Source: Phoronis australis (Eukaryota; Animalia; Phoronida). Taken from it: a DNA stretch of 64,000 bases. The position numbers and the translations under genes are program-made. Positions 1-13,700 of the stretch are shown piece by piece. Under the pieces are notes generated by a model. The model did no database searches. It had not been told where the DNA came from and was given only the letters and a program-made list of their open reading frames with translations. The stretch is taken from positions 383,357 to 447,356 of the forward strand of contig NMRA01000060.1 in the NCBI GenBank assembly GCA_002633005.1, in the 5' to 3' direction. How positions within the stretch are numbered: position 1 is the stretch's first letter; each line of letters begins with the position of its first letter.

Positions 1-139
1 TGCGTTTTGGTTTGTCACAACTAGCAGGCAATGCATGGATGTGTTTAACAAATATATACTCTGTTCTCGTCATTGCTCATCACTTTCTTTCATTGAACTC
101 GTTCCCACATCCATTACTGTACGTTTAACGCAAAATTCG

Positions 140-620
140 ATAAAATTAAGAAAGCGCATGTTTTGATGGTCGGGAACCCTCTTTGTGCGTCAAATGCGCA
201 AGTCCAGCTTTTTAATGGGAAGCCACATTGAAAAAAGCGCTTATCGGGCTGCTCTTTTTGCATTGGCAATGCAAACTCGACATTTTTAATTGAGAAAAAG
301 CATTTTTACAAAAGAGAATCAGTTGTCTGGAACGTTTCATGTGCGTCAACAATGCAAACCAGACCCACTCATTGGAAAGCCCAAATTTGTCACGAGGAAC
401 ACTCTTTTTTCACAACGCAGCCTGATATTTCAAGTGAGATAGCGCATTTTTGAACAAATTCCGTCACTCGTGGAGAAAGGTTTCTAAGCATCGGCAATGC
501 AAGCCGAATATTTCATACTGAGAAAGCGCATTTTTGAAAAGAAGAACCAACACTTGTCGGGAACGTTTTTTGTGCGTTGACAACGCACATTTCTTATTGG
601 GAAAGCCCGTTTTTCAAAAA
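140..620. repeat. Degenerate tandem repeat
   Basis: Recurring aaagcgcattttga / gggaacgtt..tgtgcgt / aatgcaa motifs. Confidence 0.55.
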
Positions 621-675
621 TTAATCGTGCAGACCGTTTGAGTATCATTGACCAGCAATTATACTGCTATCAAAT

Positions 676-3600
676 CAGGCCCGTAGCCAGGGGGGTTCGG
701 GGGGTTCGATCGAATCCCTCCCCCCCTCCGAGGAAAAAGTCCAGCTCTAGCCTATCTGATAAGATAAGATAGGATTTACTAAACGGACAAAAAATTGTTG
801 TAACTACAAGTTCTACTAACTACACTCATAACCAAGTTAATATTAATTTTGAATTTACTTCTGATGTAAAGTGCTTCACATAATCATCGGGTCGTATCCG
901 GCCCAAGTGGTGACTGCGTAGGAGCGGGGGCTTTATGTTATTCATCGGCATTGAAAGCGCTAGGTCTCTACACCATAGGGTAACAAGGAAGTCTAGAAGT
1001 AAATGTCTATGCCTAGCTCAAACTTTATAGCATGGAGAGAGATCCCAAAAGTAGTGCAGTGTGAATGCCTTTAAAAATGACCAAGAAACAAAACAGCAGA
1101 AAATGGGTTTGTTATTTGCTACTTTGGTGTACTTTCTAGCATAGTTTATATTAATTGCAGGCATTTTCAAATTTCGAATTTAAAGTGATCGCCAAATATC
1201 TTGAACATCAAGTGTCCACTTTGATTGTGGATTGGTGGATTGACATGCATGCATGTACACGTGTGTGCATTTCCGTTCTTTTAAATTCAGTACACGCCGT
1301 TGGTATGTTCATTGACTACTCTCACTGTCGTTTCTCAAAAATCAGACATTTTACTACCGCGTTTTCTTGCACTGAAGAATCACCGCATGCTCACATTATT
1401 AGGTAAGTCTAGACCTCATTAAAACATTGGTCAATGAAGAAAGTCTTCTCTTGTCAATCAATGTCAATGGAGCACAGCTTCGCAGATTTCACACGAGCAA
1501 CAATTTTGATGGAAAAGATGTCCAAGGTTACATGTACATGACCGAGGGTTCACTACTCCGAAGGTTCGCTACCTTCGAAAGTTCACCACGTCGAATGTCC
1601 ACAATTCCAAAACCAGAACTCCGACAGTAAAAAACTCTGATTTTCCACTAATGATTCAGAACTGAAATTGAATAAGGTATTGTACCATTTAAAGGGTGTG
1701 CAAGAGTTGAATAGTCCGGAAAAGTTTGATTTACATTGTTTACAAAAGAGCTCAGTTCCAATCACTGGCGGTTTTAAATTTTATATGACTGAATGAGACT
1801 TCGTGAAGACTCAGGCAAGGATAGGGTTGCTTACTAACTACATAGTTTCTACCCGGCTGTGCAAGTAGTTCCGGTGGGTGAGGTTAAAGCACAGCGGCCC
1901 TAAACTTCTCTGTTGCGCTGTGAGATGATGCGATCTTGACATGAGATTGATGAATGTATCTTGGTCAATAATTCATCAACATTCCTACATCATATTCTTT
2001 TATAAATGCAAGTACGTACTCATTTTTCCATATTCGTAAGCAATTTCACATGCACCTGGAATCCAAACAAAGCGATTAGCCGGGTGAATTGTTGTCGGTA
2101 TAGTTGCATCTAATAACTGAAGTGTCGCTTATTTCCGTATGTAAAAGTACAGCAATCACACCTGATTCAGAAATTTTTGACTTTTTCGGAGAAGTGAACT
2201 TTCGGAGTGGTGAACCTTCGAAGTAGTGAACTTTCGGAATAGTGAACCGGCGGAATAGTGGGCTGTTCCCATTTCCAGCGATGTAAGCAACTTTTAACAA
2301 AAATACTATCAGATGAAAAATTCCGTCAAGCCATTCTCTGACTAAATATTTCCATCGGAGTATATGATGAGGTGCAATCATTCAGTTAAGAAAGCCCGAT
2401 TTGAAAGTTTTGCAGGAGGTAGGCCTAACGCCATGGAGAACTTCTCGCTTAAACTGGTCACCGCTAAGATTCCCTTAGCTCCAGACAACTTTTATGATGC
2501 CTATTCAGCTCGCCCTTTGTATTGATGTAGATCTGAGCTAATGAAGTTGAAAGATAATAGCTAGCACTACTGTCTCAAAAAGGATGGTTGTTAGTACACC
2601 CAAATTGTTTTCTATGGCATTTGCACAAAGTTATAACCTGCAACTGTAGAAAGCAGTTTTAACTTGGTACATTTTAAATATTACAAAATGACTAAAAAAG
2701 TTAATTTGTTTTTATCTTGACAATGGGTGACTTCCCAAAGGAACGCTGGTTTTAAATTAAATATGTTTCATACCTCATACCGGTTTTTGTTATTTCATTT
2801 TAATACTCATGTTGTTTTTTTTCTTACCAGTTACGGGTTGATATCTTTTTATTTTATTTTTAAACTTGAAGTACCAAAAACAGTAGTAGATTTGATGGCC
2901 AGCTAATTGTGAACCCTTCCCTGAACTTTCCAGATTATAGCTACATTAAACATTTCACAGCGAACAAAAACAGACGGATCATTAGTACAAGTTTAATCTT
3001 TATTAGAACTCAAATCATAAAATATATACAGAAGTGTAAATGGTGATAGGCAAACTTAAGATTTGAAATCTGGACGATTTCAGTTGCACTAACTACGTAA
3101 CTATTCTAGCTTTTTGTCAGCCATAAAAATATAGAGTGGGCACAAGTTAAGTAGAACTGTTTCCTAGTCAAAAAACTGGTTAAGTGAGATTGGAAGAATG
3201 CGATATATTGTTAACTCTGATCAGTGTTTGTAAATCCCCCGATTGTATCGATGCGCTTGGTCGTTTATCTTCAATTATAGGCCTACCCAATGTTTGTAGT
3301 TTTTAGCTTTTAAGATCATCGATTTTTGAAAATCCAAAACCTTACTTGGCTGTTTTTTTTTTCAGCTAAATACCGCCGTGGTATTCGTTTTAACAAAAAT
3401 TATTTATTAATGCATTATGAAAATTCGCCATTATGTACAGGCAGTGATGATTACGACAATTTATGGTCCGGTAATTATACTTAATTGGGTCTTGCTCGCG
3501 CAGGACAATGCAGTCAACACAACCATATCCGCACTCTCTTTGATCCTGGTGAAAGCCGCTCAGAAGGAAATGCGGTGATTGTAAGCGTATTATTCCCGGT

Positions 3601-3883
3601 ATGGCGAGAACGTTAGTCTATATTTATGGATCATATTACGTCCGAATTTGATCCCTGTTGTTTGCGAGCAACCGTCACGACATTCTCATTTCTGGTATTA
3701 CAAGTTCCGTCTTATCTCAGGAACATAGAGCTGAGAGCCATCGTTGCCGTAGATACAGATTTCCCTTCCCCATAATTAACTTGCGTCAAGCGCCTTACCA
3801 AGAACTCTAGTATTGACGTTTGCAAAAGGTCCACCTTTCTAGAAATCTGAACCACCCCCCGCCCAGTGCTGGCTACGGACCTG
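676..3883. mobile_element. hAT-like non-autonomous element ends (possibly one composite element)
   Basis: CAGGCCCGTAGCCAG (676) and CTGGCTACGGACCTG (ends 3883) are 14/15 inverted matches; both flanked by CAAAT. Confidence 0.5.
1542..2270. mobile_element. MITE with inverted arrays of ~15-bp subterminal repeats
   Basis: ccgaaggttcactact-type units at 1542-1595, reverse-complement units at 2186-2270. Confidence 0.7.
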
Positions 3884-4289
3884 CAAATGACCGAGCCAGC
3901 AACATTGATACTACAACCGCTCATCGAAATAATGTACACCCACGAAATTCAGACACGAGCGGAAATCCAAATTTGGAGGTTTGCTAAATTAGGACACCAC
4001 AAAAATGATGTTTCTCGAGATTCGTCCGAGAATGAGTTTTTTCTATTGGAATTAATTTTGAGTGTCCGAAAATCACGCGACTTTACCGTACTGACTTATA
4101 TATTCCTTGTATCTCTCACTTCACTTTATGGATGTTACCTGAGCTGTATGTTGACATTTGTTGTCCTAAATTGTTGTAAATATGATCCTGATCATGTCTA
4201 ATGAATAGATGAAACGTTGATTTAACGTGAACTTTTTTATTTGTGCGGTGATTGTCCGGTTTTTAATTTTAAGTAAGAATGCATGGTGT

Positions 4290-4640
4290 TTTCATTGGCC
4301 TGGTTTTGGAATATCATGCATATTTTCACAGCTCATGTCGGTGTAGGGCTGTGGAAACATTCCTGATTTCAGAAATTTAAAAGTACCGGAATTGAAAATG
4401 TTTTCTTTAAGAAAGAGGATTCTGTTCGGTTCAACATTATCCCAACAAATTTGCTCTATCCACTTGCTCTGCATTTTTTGTTTTGATTGATATCACGAAG
4501 GCTTAAACAAAAATGTCACGCATCCCCAAATACTTGTCAAGTTTGTCCAGCTTTCTTCCATCAGAGTTGTAATCCACAGCGCAACAGTAATTATTTTTGT
4601 TGGCATTGGCAGGACAAATAGAGTATCGCAAGCCAGAAAA
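4290..4640 (-). mobile_element. THAP-fragment repeat, copy A
   Basis: ATG CCA..YCCAVDYNSDGRKLDKLDKY..M.D; homologous to copies at 15055, 17590, 49370. Confidence 0.7.
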
Positions 4641-5230
4641 ACTTGTAAAGAATATGAATACAATGACAACTCCAGTAAATGCAAAACTGAGCTGCAGATA
4701 TTTTGGCATTGTGGGTAAACACAGTCAGATTTGACCTCTTAACATTAATGTTGGGTTCATCAGGTGTGAACTAATGGACTAAGGGTAGAAGTGTCTTGAA
4801 ATTTAGACTCTTGTTGGGGGGTAAATAAAACTGCATTCACATCAATATTTTCTTAACTAGTATGTGTCCCGTTTCCAGCAAGAATTATGCAATATGCAAG
4901 AAAAATGTCTGCTGAATAATTTTGAGTGCTTGTCTATTGTGATGTATAATGGTGTCTACTCCTGGTTTTCAACATGGGGTGAATGAACTTATGATTTTTG
5001 AGAAGAGGTACTGCTGTAAAGTTGAGATACCCACCACTTTAAAGTGTAGATTTCAAAAAGGTACTCATTTGTATTCGTGATCTATAAAAAGTCTCCCTTT
5101 GGTAGGGTTTTGTTCTGAAAACATCACGCTTTTGTAGGGGTCAATTCCATTAACCTAACCATTACATGGGGATTCTAGGACAGTTGAATTTTAAGCCCAT
5201 TTTGAGATATTACAAGAAGAGATGCTATCG

Positions 5231-7232
5231 GCATTTTTTCCCTCAGGGTGCACACTTTTGTTTCAGGAATGGCATTTTATGAAGTTTTAATTTCAACTTT
5301 GAGACTTCTTTTATTGGATTCAACATGACATATGGAATATCAGGTTAAATTTTTGTGAAGTATCATCCTCATTTAGTTTTTAAGATATGGCCTGTTGAAA
5401 TAACAAAAATAAGAAATGTGGGCTATGGAGAATACATCATCAGTATTGTTACATCCATGTTGGAAAAGACTTAAATGTGGCTTAGGAACAAGCAAGTTTA
5501 TTACTCTGGTAACTCATATACTTGATCACTGAACATCAATATCAAAAAACTAGATTAACACCTGTGTATGCTTCACAAGGTGTGAGTATACAAATGAAAC
5601 ATAGCAATTGTACTTAATCCTTAGACATATTTAGCACTTAATTATCATCAGAGTCACATCACTGTCAAAAGGAATGCCTAATTCCATAAAGTACCATCAA
5701 AGAAGTACATTAAATCAATTTTCATTATCAATAAACATTGTTTGCACAAATAAATCTCACATAACACAGAGGTCATTGAGGGGCTACAGAGAATACAAAA
5801 TGCGAAGGTAACTATTTGTGGGAAGAAAAATACCGGAGCAATGCAATAGAATTCATTTACTTGGCTTGTCAATACTATAACTACTTCTGAATTACAAAAA
5901 ACAGTTGTGTTTAGAAAAAGGGAGATAATACCATCTTAATTTTCTTCACACTTGTGTAAATACAAAAATATAACATAATGGAAATTAAAATTTTATCCTA
6001 GGACATACTCAGCTCATAAGTATCATCAGAGTCACATCACCATCAATGGATGCCTATTTCCATCAACTACCCTCAAAGAAATACAGGATAGCACTTTTCA
6101 TCATCAGGAAAACATTGAATGCATAAATCTCAAATAACACAGAGGTCATGGTAGGTGCTACGGAGAATACGAAATATGCAGATACCTGTTTATTAGTGGA
6201 TGAACACTTGAGCAATGCAATAGAATTCATTTACTAATGTTAATACCAACACTTCTGAATGACCAAGGAACATCCATGTTTTATTAATAACGAGTTTAAA
6301 CTGAAAAAGTAATTTTAGCTAAACTTGCCCCAAGTTCCACCCATAAATATTTTTTTAATTGTTCTTGTCTTGGAGAGTTTATTTGTTCCCATTTCCTCCG
6401 TGCATGCACCTAGATACAAGTTTTTTTCAAACCATGTACCAACAGTTCAAAGTTTGGGGCTACGGAGAATACAGGGGCTACGGAAAATATGAAAGATATT
6501 TTTTCTTATGATCAATTCAAATCCAGGGCTTTGTCTAATATTTTTTGTGGGCCAAAAATAACTTCAAGATTCCCAATGTTCAGTATCAAACATCTTTTAT
6601 TTATGGAAGAATTTAATGGAATTCAGACAGGGCTACGGAGAATACACAGTTTCTCTTAGGTGACTGATATTATTTGGTTGAGGAATCCAATCACTAGGAC
6701 ATCTGGTACAAATATGTGGTTTCTAGCTCAAATTCTATATACCATCAACCATTAAAAACACAGTTCAAAACACTAGTAATGCTTTTCTTTTTCAGCCATG
6801 GCTATAAGAGAAGGAGCACATGCAAATTTAGGTGTTTTGCATAACATTGACATCATTTTGCAAGTGTGCCTGAAAATTGTGTTTGACCTTTTAGATCCCT
6901 GCAATTTTCTGAAGAACAAGAAATACATGTTAGAATCATGAAAAAGCATTAAATTTCAATTAAATGTGTGATTTAATTAAATACCATGTGTATTAAAAAC
7001 ATGTAATGTTTCAGTGAAACAAAATAACAATGGATTTCTGGCTATTTTCAGCTATATCAAGGATTACTCTGGCCATAATTAACATTTTTTCATACTTTAA
7101 AATGCGTAAATGTCATAAGTACCGGTGCTAAAACACGATCATGATACAAATATCTGCCAAAGGTGAAGGAATTCTGTCAATATGATTGCACAACATAAAA
7201 AATCTAAATTTGCACCCTGAGTGAAAAAATGC
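5231..7232. mobile_element. ~2-kb non-autonomous DNA transposon relic
   Basis: 21/22 inverted repeat gcattttttc(c/a)ctcagggtgca at 5231-5252 and 7211-7232; six copies of a gggctacggagaatac-type motif; internal ~250-bp duplication (5643-5890 vs 6021-6260). Confidence 0.6.
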
Positions 7233-7587
7233 ACTATGTTTATTAATTGCTGTATAGACTGTTCCAGTGGCAGAAATAAAGGCCTCTGGGATTTAGATTT
7301 ATGATGATAGTTTGAAATGAGCTGCAGCACAGATATAAACTAATAATTCCTACTGCTCCTTAAATTGTGCTTTTAGACTGAATAGCTTGTCTCCATTATC
7401 TTCTCTGTAGTTAAGCTAGATTGTACACTGCCGTAAAATTTATCAAGCGGTTTACATAATGCATAATTAATGTAGAATTGTAGGAAGAGGCACCGTAACT
7501 ATAGTTCTGATTTGGTTACTGGAAGTTATGTGTTGACCAGTGAGTGAGATGGCACGTATTTAATTGTATACTGTGACTGTGTTCTAG

Positions 7588-7707
7588 ATGCCATTACTTG
7601 ATCATACCAAACTGGAGGGTCATCGGCAGTACAGGCTGGCTCACCTGTTGTTGTCCATGATTGGGGCGGGTTACGTCTGGCAGGAAGGGGACCAGGGAGT
7701 CGCCAAG
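7588..7707 (+). CDS. IDO: IDO exon (MPLLDHTKLEGHRQYRLAHLLLSMIGAGYVWQEGDQGVAK)
   Basis: ttctag acceptor, gtgaga donor, 120 nt; resembles vertebrate IDO1 exon 3. Confidence 0.93.
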
Positions 7708-10700
7708 GTGAGATGCTGGGCACACCTTTTTGATCAGCCATGAATGACCACCATAGTCTACGGGGCCTGACCCGTAGATCTGATGAACGTTGCCTGATTG
7801 TTACCAAAAATGCACTTGCTAGTACGATTTCTGTTTTATTGATGAATTTGGTGGTGTGATGTATTTGTTATAAATTATAAGTTATCCTTTTACTAAATTT
7901 TGAAGGTGCAGTACTCAGTATTTTCACTTATGAGTCTGTCTAAAATTTTCATTTAATCCAACATTTTGGAAGACAATTTATTGCCTTGGGAAGATTATTG
8001 CTGCTTGACACAAAGCTCATGCTGTGCACTGACCATAGTTTCGAGCAATAGCAAATTACTTGTTCTTACCTATTCCAGAAATCGGTTCTAATCTGAGTAA
8101 GCAAAAAATCCATTTGATACATTGTTGAGTTTTTTTAACCATGACATAATACCTCAGCTGTGAAGTGAGTTTGTTTAAGAAAATTTAAATTTAATCAATG
8201 ACATTCACCTGGTGTCTGTCCCGCAGTCTGTACCCAAGAATCTGGCCGTCCCATGGTGTGGAGTGAGCAACCATCTTGGTTTGCCACCTGTTATTGTTCA
8301 CACATCACTCTGCATGGCTAACTGGAAAATGACCGATCCGAATGGGTGAGCGTTCTTTGTAAATCTCTAGCCCAAAACTGAATTATCACCATGGGAGGCT
8401 CACATGTTTTGCACAAAAATATTTGCTAAGATTGTCATATTTTACGTATTAGTTAGAGGCTGATTACCTTGCTTCAAATAGGAACTTTGCCAAATGCCGT
8501 TTTCCATCTACATAGTTAATTAGCTAAGCTACTGATAGACTTAGGGCTGTTTCAGTGAAAAATGTATGGGAGGGGTGAAGGCACTCTCATTTCTTACCCA
8601 CCGCCCATATTTTTCTTTTATTTCTCCAACGCACAACTCATAATTTTTAATTAGGTTGAAATATAATGTGTTTTTTGAGATAATCAACCTGTCTTGTCAA
8701 AACTAAAATGGCCAACAGGGGTGCTACGGTATCCAAATCTGTCCGAAAGTTGACTGGTGCTGGTGCATAGCAGCTGTCTATTTCTATGCCAAATGCCATC
8801 ATGATCTGTTTGGCGTTTTCAAAATAATGGACGGACAAGCAATGACTTGAGCAGTCGAAAACTAGCAGGGGGTTCCACAGTAGTTGAATCCGTCCAAAAA
8901 TTGACTGGTGCCTGCACATTCTTGCCGTATACCTCAAAGTTTTTGCGAGTGCAGAAAAATTCCATGTGAGATCACAACCCATGTCATTTACCACAAACAT
9001 GTTTTTCAAAGACACCTGCAAGCAATACTTTATGCAGCCACTAGGTTTTCTCTGTCCACTGTGTGTCTGTATTTTCAATTCCTGGATCTACAAATGTCAA
9101 ACTGTCTCCACGAACACTTTTAGGCTGCTATGCCAAGTGAATATTTGGAACTTTTCTATCTGACTCCTCATACTTTTTATTTGAAAATCATCAATTTTAA
9201 ATTCTTTGATGTGTTAACACCAGCTTAGTATTGCCGTAATTTTTAGTCTAATATGGCTGCTGTACAATGTGCATGTAATCAAGTTGCTCATGACTTGAGT
9301 AAGGATATAGTGCACATATTGCATTCTGTACATTAGCAACATAGGCTTGTTTTGTGGTTTTTGGATAGTTTTGAGTATCTGCCAAGTGCATATTTGGTGA
9401 GTTTGGATTTCTTTTGAGAGTCCATGTTTCGCTGAAAATACCAACCTATCAACATTTACAGATCAAAAAAATTTTTATGATTTACTTCTTTCAAGAAGGA
9501 CTATCAATAATTAAATTTTCTTCAAAAGATAATCACCCACAGATATTTATTTCGACTGCTGTCCCCCCTCCCCTCCCATAGGCATTTTGCTGGAACAGCC
9601 CTTATTATTTTCTTTATTTTTTTTGAAAATTTTAGAAATTGAAATAAAATTTCACTTGTCTGTCAAACTGTGTGCTAATTCTGCATGCAGAAATACGATT
9701 CATGAGATCTGCATGCACTTCTCACGTAATCTTTTCATTCATTAATAGGTTGTTAAAATTACAATTATCAAACTTCAACTTCCAGGTAAGTCTCGTTTAA
9801 TTTGTAAATTACATATGAAGAATTAATGTAGCACTTGACCAATTTAGGACACGATATATCAGATAGGTGGAATTTATCTTCCCGTTTTATGCGCAAATAT
9901 TTATAAATGTGGTTAAATAGCAATAGGACTTTCGTTGCTGTCTAAAAATACTTCTTTAATACTGATCGCATCTGTGCTGTAGCGTCCCAAGGGACATCGT
10001 TGAAAGAACAAACGATAGATAGATTGTTTTAAACTTATATTAAATCGCAGCACTTTGTGATATGAGACGTCAGTGGGTAGCAAGAGGTCATAGTAAAAGG
10101 TCGTGACACAACAAACCATTCACAACATTGTTGGATACTTGGCATAGCAGGTGATCAAACAGATCCTATATCATCAATAGGGCAAATAGCCAGCCAGTGG
10201 ACAGAGCAGATGAGACTAATTAAATAGAGACAGTGCTTTACTGTAGCCTGTGAATTGATGGTTTAGAACAGGCTTCTCCATCAGTATAATAAATGACTCG
10301 AGTAATAACAATCTTTGTTTATATTTGTCTATATACCAGTTCCATTCCAGACCTGTCATCGTGTCATCGGAGTGCTTTGAGTAATTGATAGGCACTCAAC
10401 AGTGTCAATGACCTTTGAACAGTGAAAAAATGGCCATTATTTTTGTTTGAAATTGGTGAGATTTTATGGTAGTTGAAGTGGATGTATGTTTTGGAATTAG
10501 TTATGATGTTTTGCGAGTAGTGTAAAATCAAATGTTTGAACTAAAATGTGATCTCTATCTTTGTACAGTTGCTCTTATTGTGGCCAAAAACAATTGAAAA
10601 TATTACTTGTTTGCGGCATTTTCTGATAAATAGCATACTAGTGACAGGACAACCTTGAACATGGCATTGACATGCCACAAGTATCCATGTAAATTGCACA

Positions 10701-13700
10701 ATTTCCATACGTTTACATGATGTAAATTTTGTCGTCTGCTTATAAGGTTATGCCCGTTATGGCCAGCCATTCCTCAATATGACTATTGCCGGCCTAAACG
10801 CAAGTGTAAATGAATGAAATTCTAATTACTTGCTCCTTTTCATTTCAGGCCTTATGATATTTGGTAAGTTTTATGCAATATCAAGGAGTTCTCCTGAAGA
10901 TTTTATTGTGTTTTTTTAACTGTTCGGTCTTTAGGTACAATATTACATTTCTCAGTAAGTCGGGAAATAAAATTGTTGAAAAGTTGGTGATTTATATTGT
11001 TTCAAAAATTATAATTGGAGGAAAAAAACTTAACTTTTAACCATGCTTTAATATTGGCTATATTACCCATAATGCAGTTTTTACATACATTAAAAAGCTG
11101 TGTCTAATGCTTTTGTGTTCTGACATTAAATATTTTTCATGTCACAGTAAGTTCGTAATTATGCAAACCTTCTCGTTTAATTCTGACTATTATTTGCTAA
11201 TTTAACATGTTACCTCTAAAAGTGCTATAACGTTATCACTTACAGGGGTCCCAGATTTTGAGAACCAGTTTCATGCCTAGTGGAGAACACTGGTTCTCAA
11301 AGTGTAGGGCCCCCTGTGGGTGATTATCACCCCATGAGAAAACAATGTGAAATTGTATAACTTGGATCCAGTCATATCAAGAGGCTATGTTGAAGCGAGA
11401 CAATCTGAGGGGTGACTGCACGAACTGTCAAACTGCAAAACTTTTTTGTCTGAATTAACTTGCAAATATAAACTCTTCTTTAGTGAAAGGAACTGAGTTC
11501 TGATCTTGGCATATTGCCAGTTCTTTCTAAGTACAAAAATCTGTAATCTGAGTCTGGGATAAATTAAGACATTTTACACCGGGAAATGGTGTTAACGAAA
11601 AGTTAGCTTTGTTCGTAGTGTAACGGGGGCGGTATCTACGACCAAGGCGCCCCGATTTTACGAGCCCGGTGCGGACTGAGGGTGATGTTGAAAACTAAAA
11701 GTTGGTGAATAATACATAGGTTTATTGTAAGAATATATAACTACAATATTCCACACTTACAAGCAATCCAGTTGTTGCATGATTTAGTATCGCAGCGTTG
11801 TGATTTATACAGTTCTGATACACGGGCAAGCCAGTCGCTGATTAATAGTTGTGTGTGCAAGAACGGGGCAATTTGGTTATTCAGATCCGAAAGGTGAGAT
11901 GCAATCAAGCTCGGGAGGAGCCCGAGAATTGCATGGGGCTAAACTGTTGGCAACCAAGTTCGGGAGGAGCCCGAAAACTGCACAAACAGTTGCAATTTTG
12001 GTGTGAGTGAAGGTGTAAATGTTTGCTTCTTGAACTCTGCGACTGGACTCCTCGTGTCTGACAGAGACAAAGCTTAAGTACACAATTTCAACCAATCAGA
12101 CACGATCTGAAGGGCAAGGCCCATAGCTCCTAGCTCTGACCATATTTGGCCATGTCCAAAGGACTCAACATCATAGGAAAATTCCATACGTAATACACAG
12201 CTTGACCACTAGAGGGCGCATATATCTTACTTACATAATCATGTTCAGGGCACTCCTGTTACAGTAAAAGGGGTTCTAATTAGCCACTTCAAAGTCTGCC
12301 AAATGCCTGGCTCTTAGTAAGGTTCGAGTTTAGCTGCTCTCTTGTCCTATCTTGTATCGGACTTTGCTTTTTAACAGCAACATTGAGACCATATTCAACT
12401 TTCCTACTGGCACATGGGGCTGTGGCTGGTTCATGAGAGTTACCATAGCGATAGAACTTCAAGCAGCGGATGGATTAAAGGTAGGACATGTGACATTACG
12501 GCGTTTTCCCGTTGTTCCCAACTTGTTCCATTCTATAGCCCAACAACAAGTTGGAAAGTTTACCCCTGTAGCCAACATCTTACAAAACGGATTAACTTCA
12601 TTCTGGCATTCATGGTTGGAGGGCCAGCTCTCTTTTATTCAATAATTGCTCTAATCTTCAAAAAGATCGTATCTAGCCTGACTGGGCTGTGCTGTTAAAA
12701 ATAAAAGTTAAGTTATAACATATTTGAACATAAACCAATCCTCGTCTAATGGTGATCATGTTTAGTTTTTGAATCGCCAAAATCGCCCAACTGCAACCGA
12801 AGTTACGATATTCTTTCTGAATGTACCAATTGGCTCTGGGTTTGACAATGTTCACACATTGTCTGTAATAAGCCTGGTAGATAATTGGCCTGCCTGTTGT
12901 CATAACAAACAAAAGACTTTGCTTGGCACTTAACAAAGAAGCTAGATGTTATCACATGCTCAGAACCCCCTTGGTCTGGTAAAGTCACTGAACGGGAAAA
13001 TGCTGTCATGATGAAATGGACTGCTTTAAGGTTACGTAAGACTTAAGAAAAATGTCCAAATTTGGCTAATTTGAAACATTTCTCTGAAATGGCTTATCGT
13101 AATTATAGGAAATGTTCAGATATTATACTTTATGCTCAGTTCTCCAAAACGCTGTTGGGAAATGTTTTTGAAGTGTTCTAGTTTTGCATGAGAGGCTTTT
13201 AAATAATGGATAAAATTTTTCGTGAAAAACTCATTTGCATAAAGTGGAAACGAAATGATATTTTAGAAAACTGTTATTTTTTTGGCTCCCATCTTGAAGC
13301 TTATATCAAATAAAATCTGATATTCTATCGATACTGTTGTTTTGCTTTCCATGTATCTTTTTTGCTAAATTTTACTAAAAAGCTCTGATAATGTGATCCA
13401 ATTAATGGCATATTGGTAAAAGTCAAAAATCAAATTCTGCAGATTTTCTACTTTCAGAAAATATATGCCTTTACTGACTGAGTGAAAACCTATAGTTTGG
13501 TAGATATTTGGCTAATTATTGAGACTTTACATAATCTTAAAGAAGGATGCATTTTTTGTTTTCACCAGTGTTTTGATTACAAAATATGTCTCGTAATATA
13601 TCTTCATCTTTTGTTACGTACCCGCGCTGTGGGACAAGTATCCAGATTTCACTGATTGGTTAGTCGGGATACAAAAGTGTCGTTATCAGTTCGGCAGCGA

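Noticed and set aside
1427-1630. Candidate IDO first exon
   Set aside because: No IDO N-terminal motif; ORF runs into MITE subterminal repeats
8647-9163. Overlapping ORFs up to 143 aa
   Set aside because: Inside a TIR-bounded element, no recognisable motif
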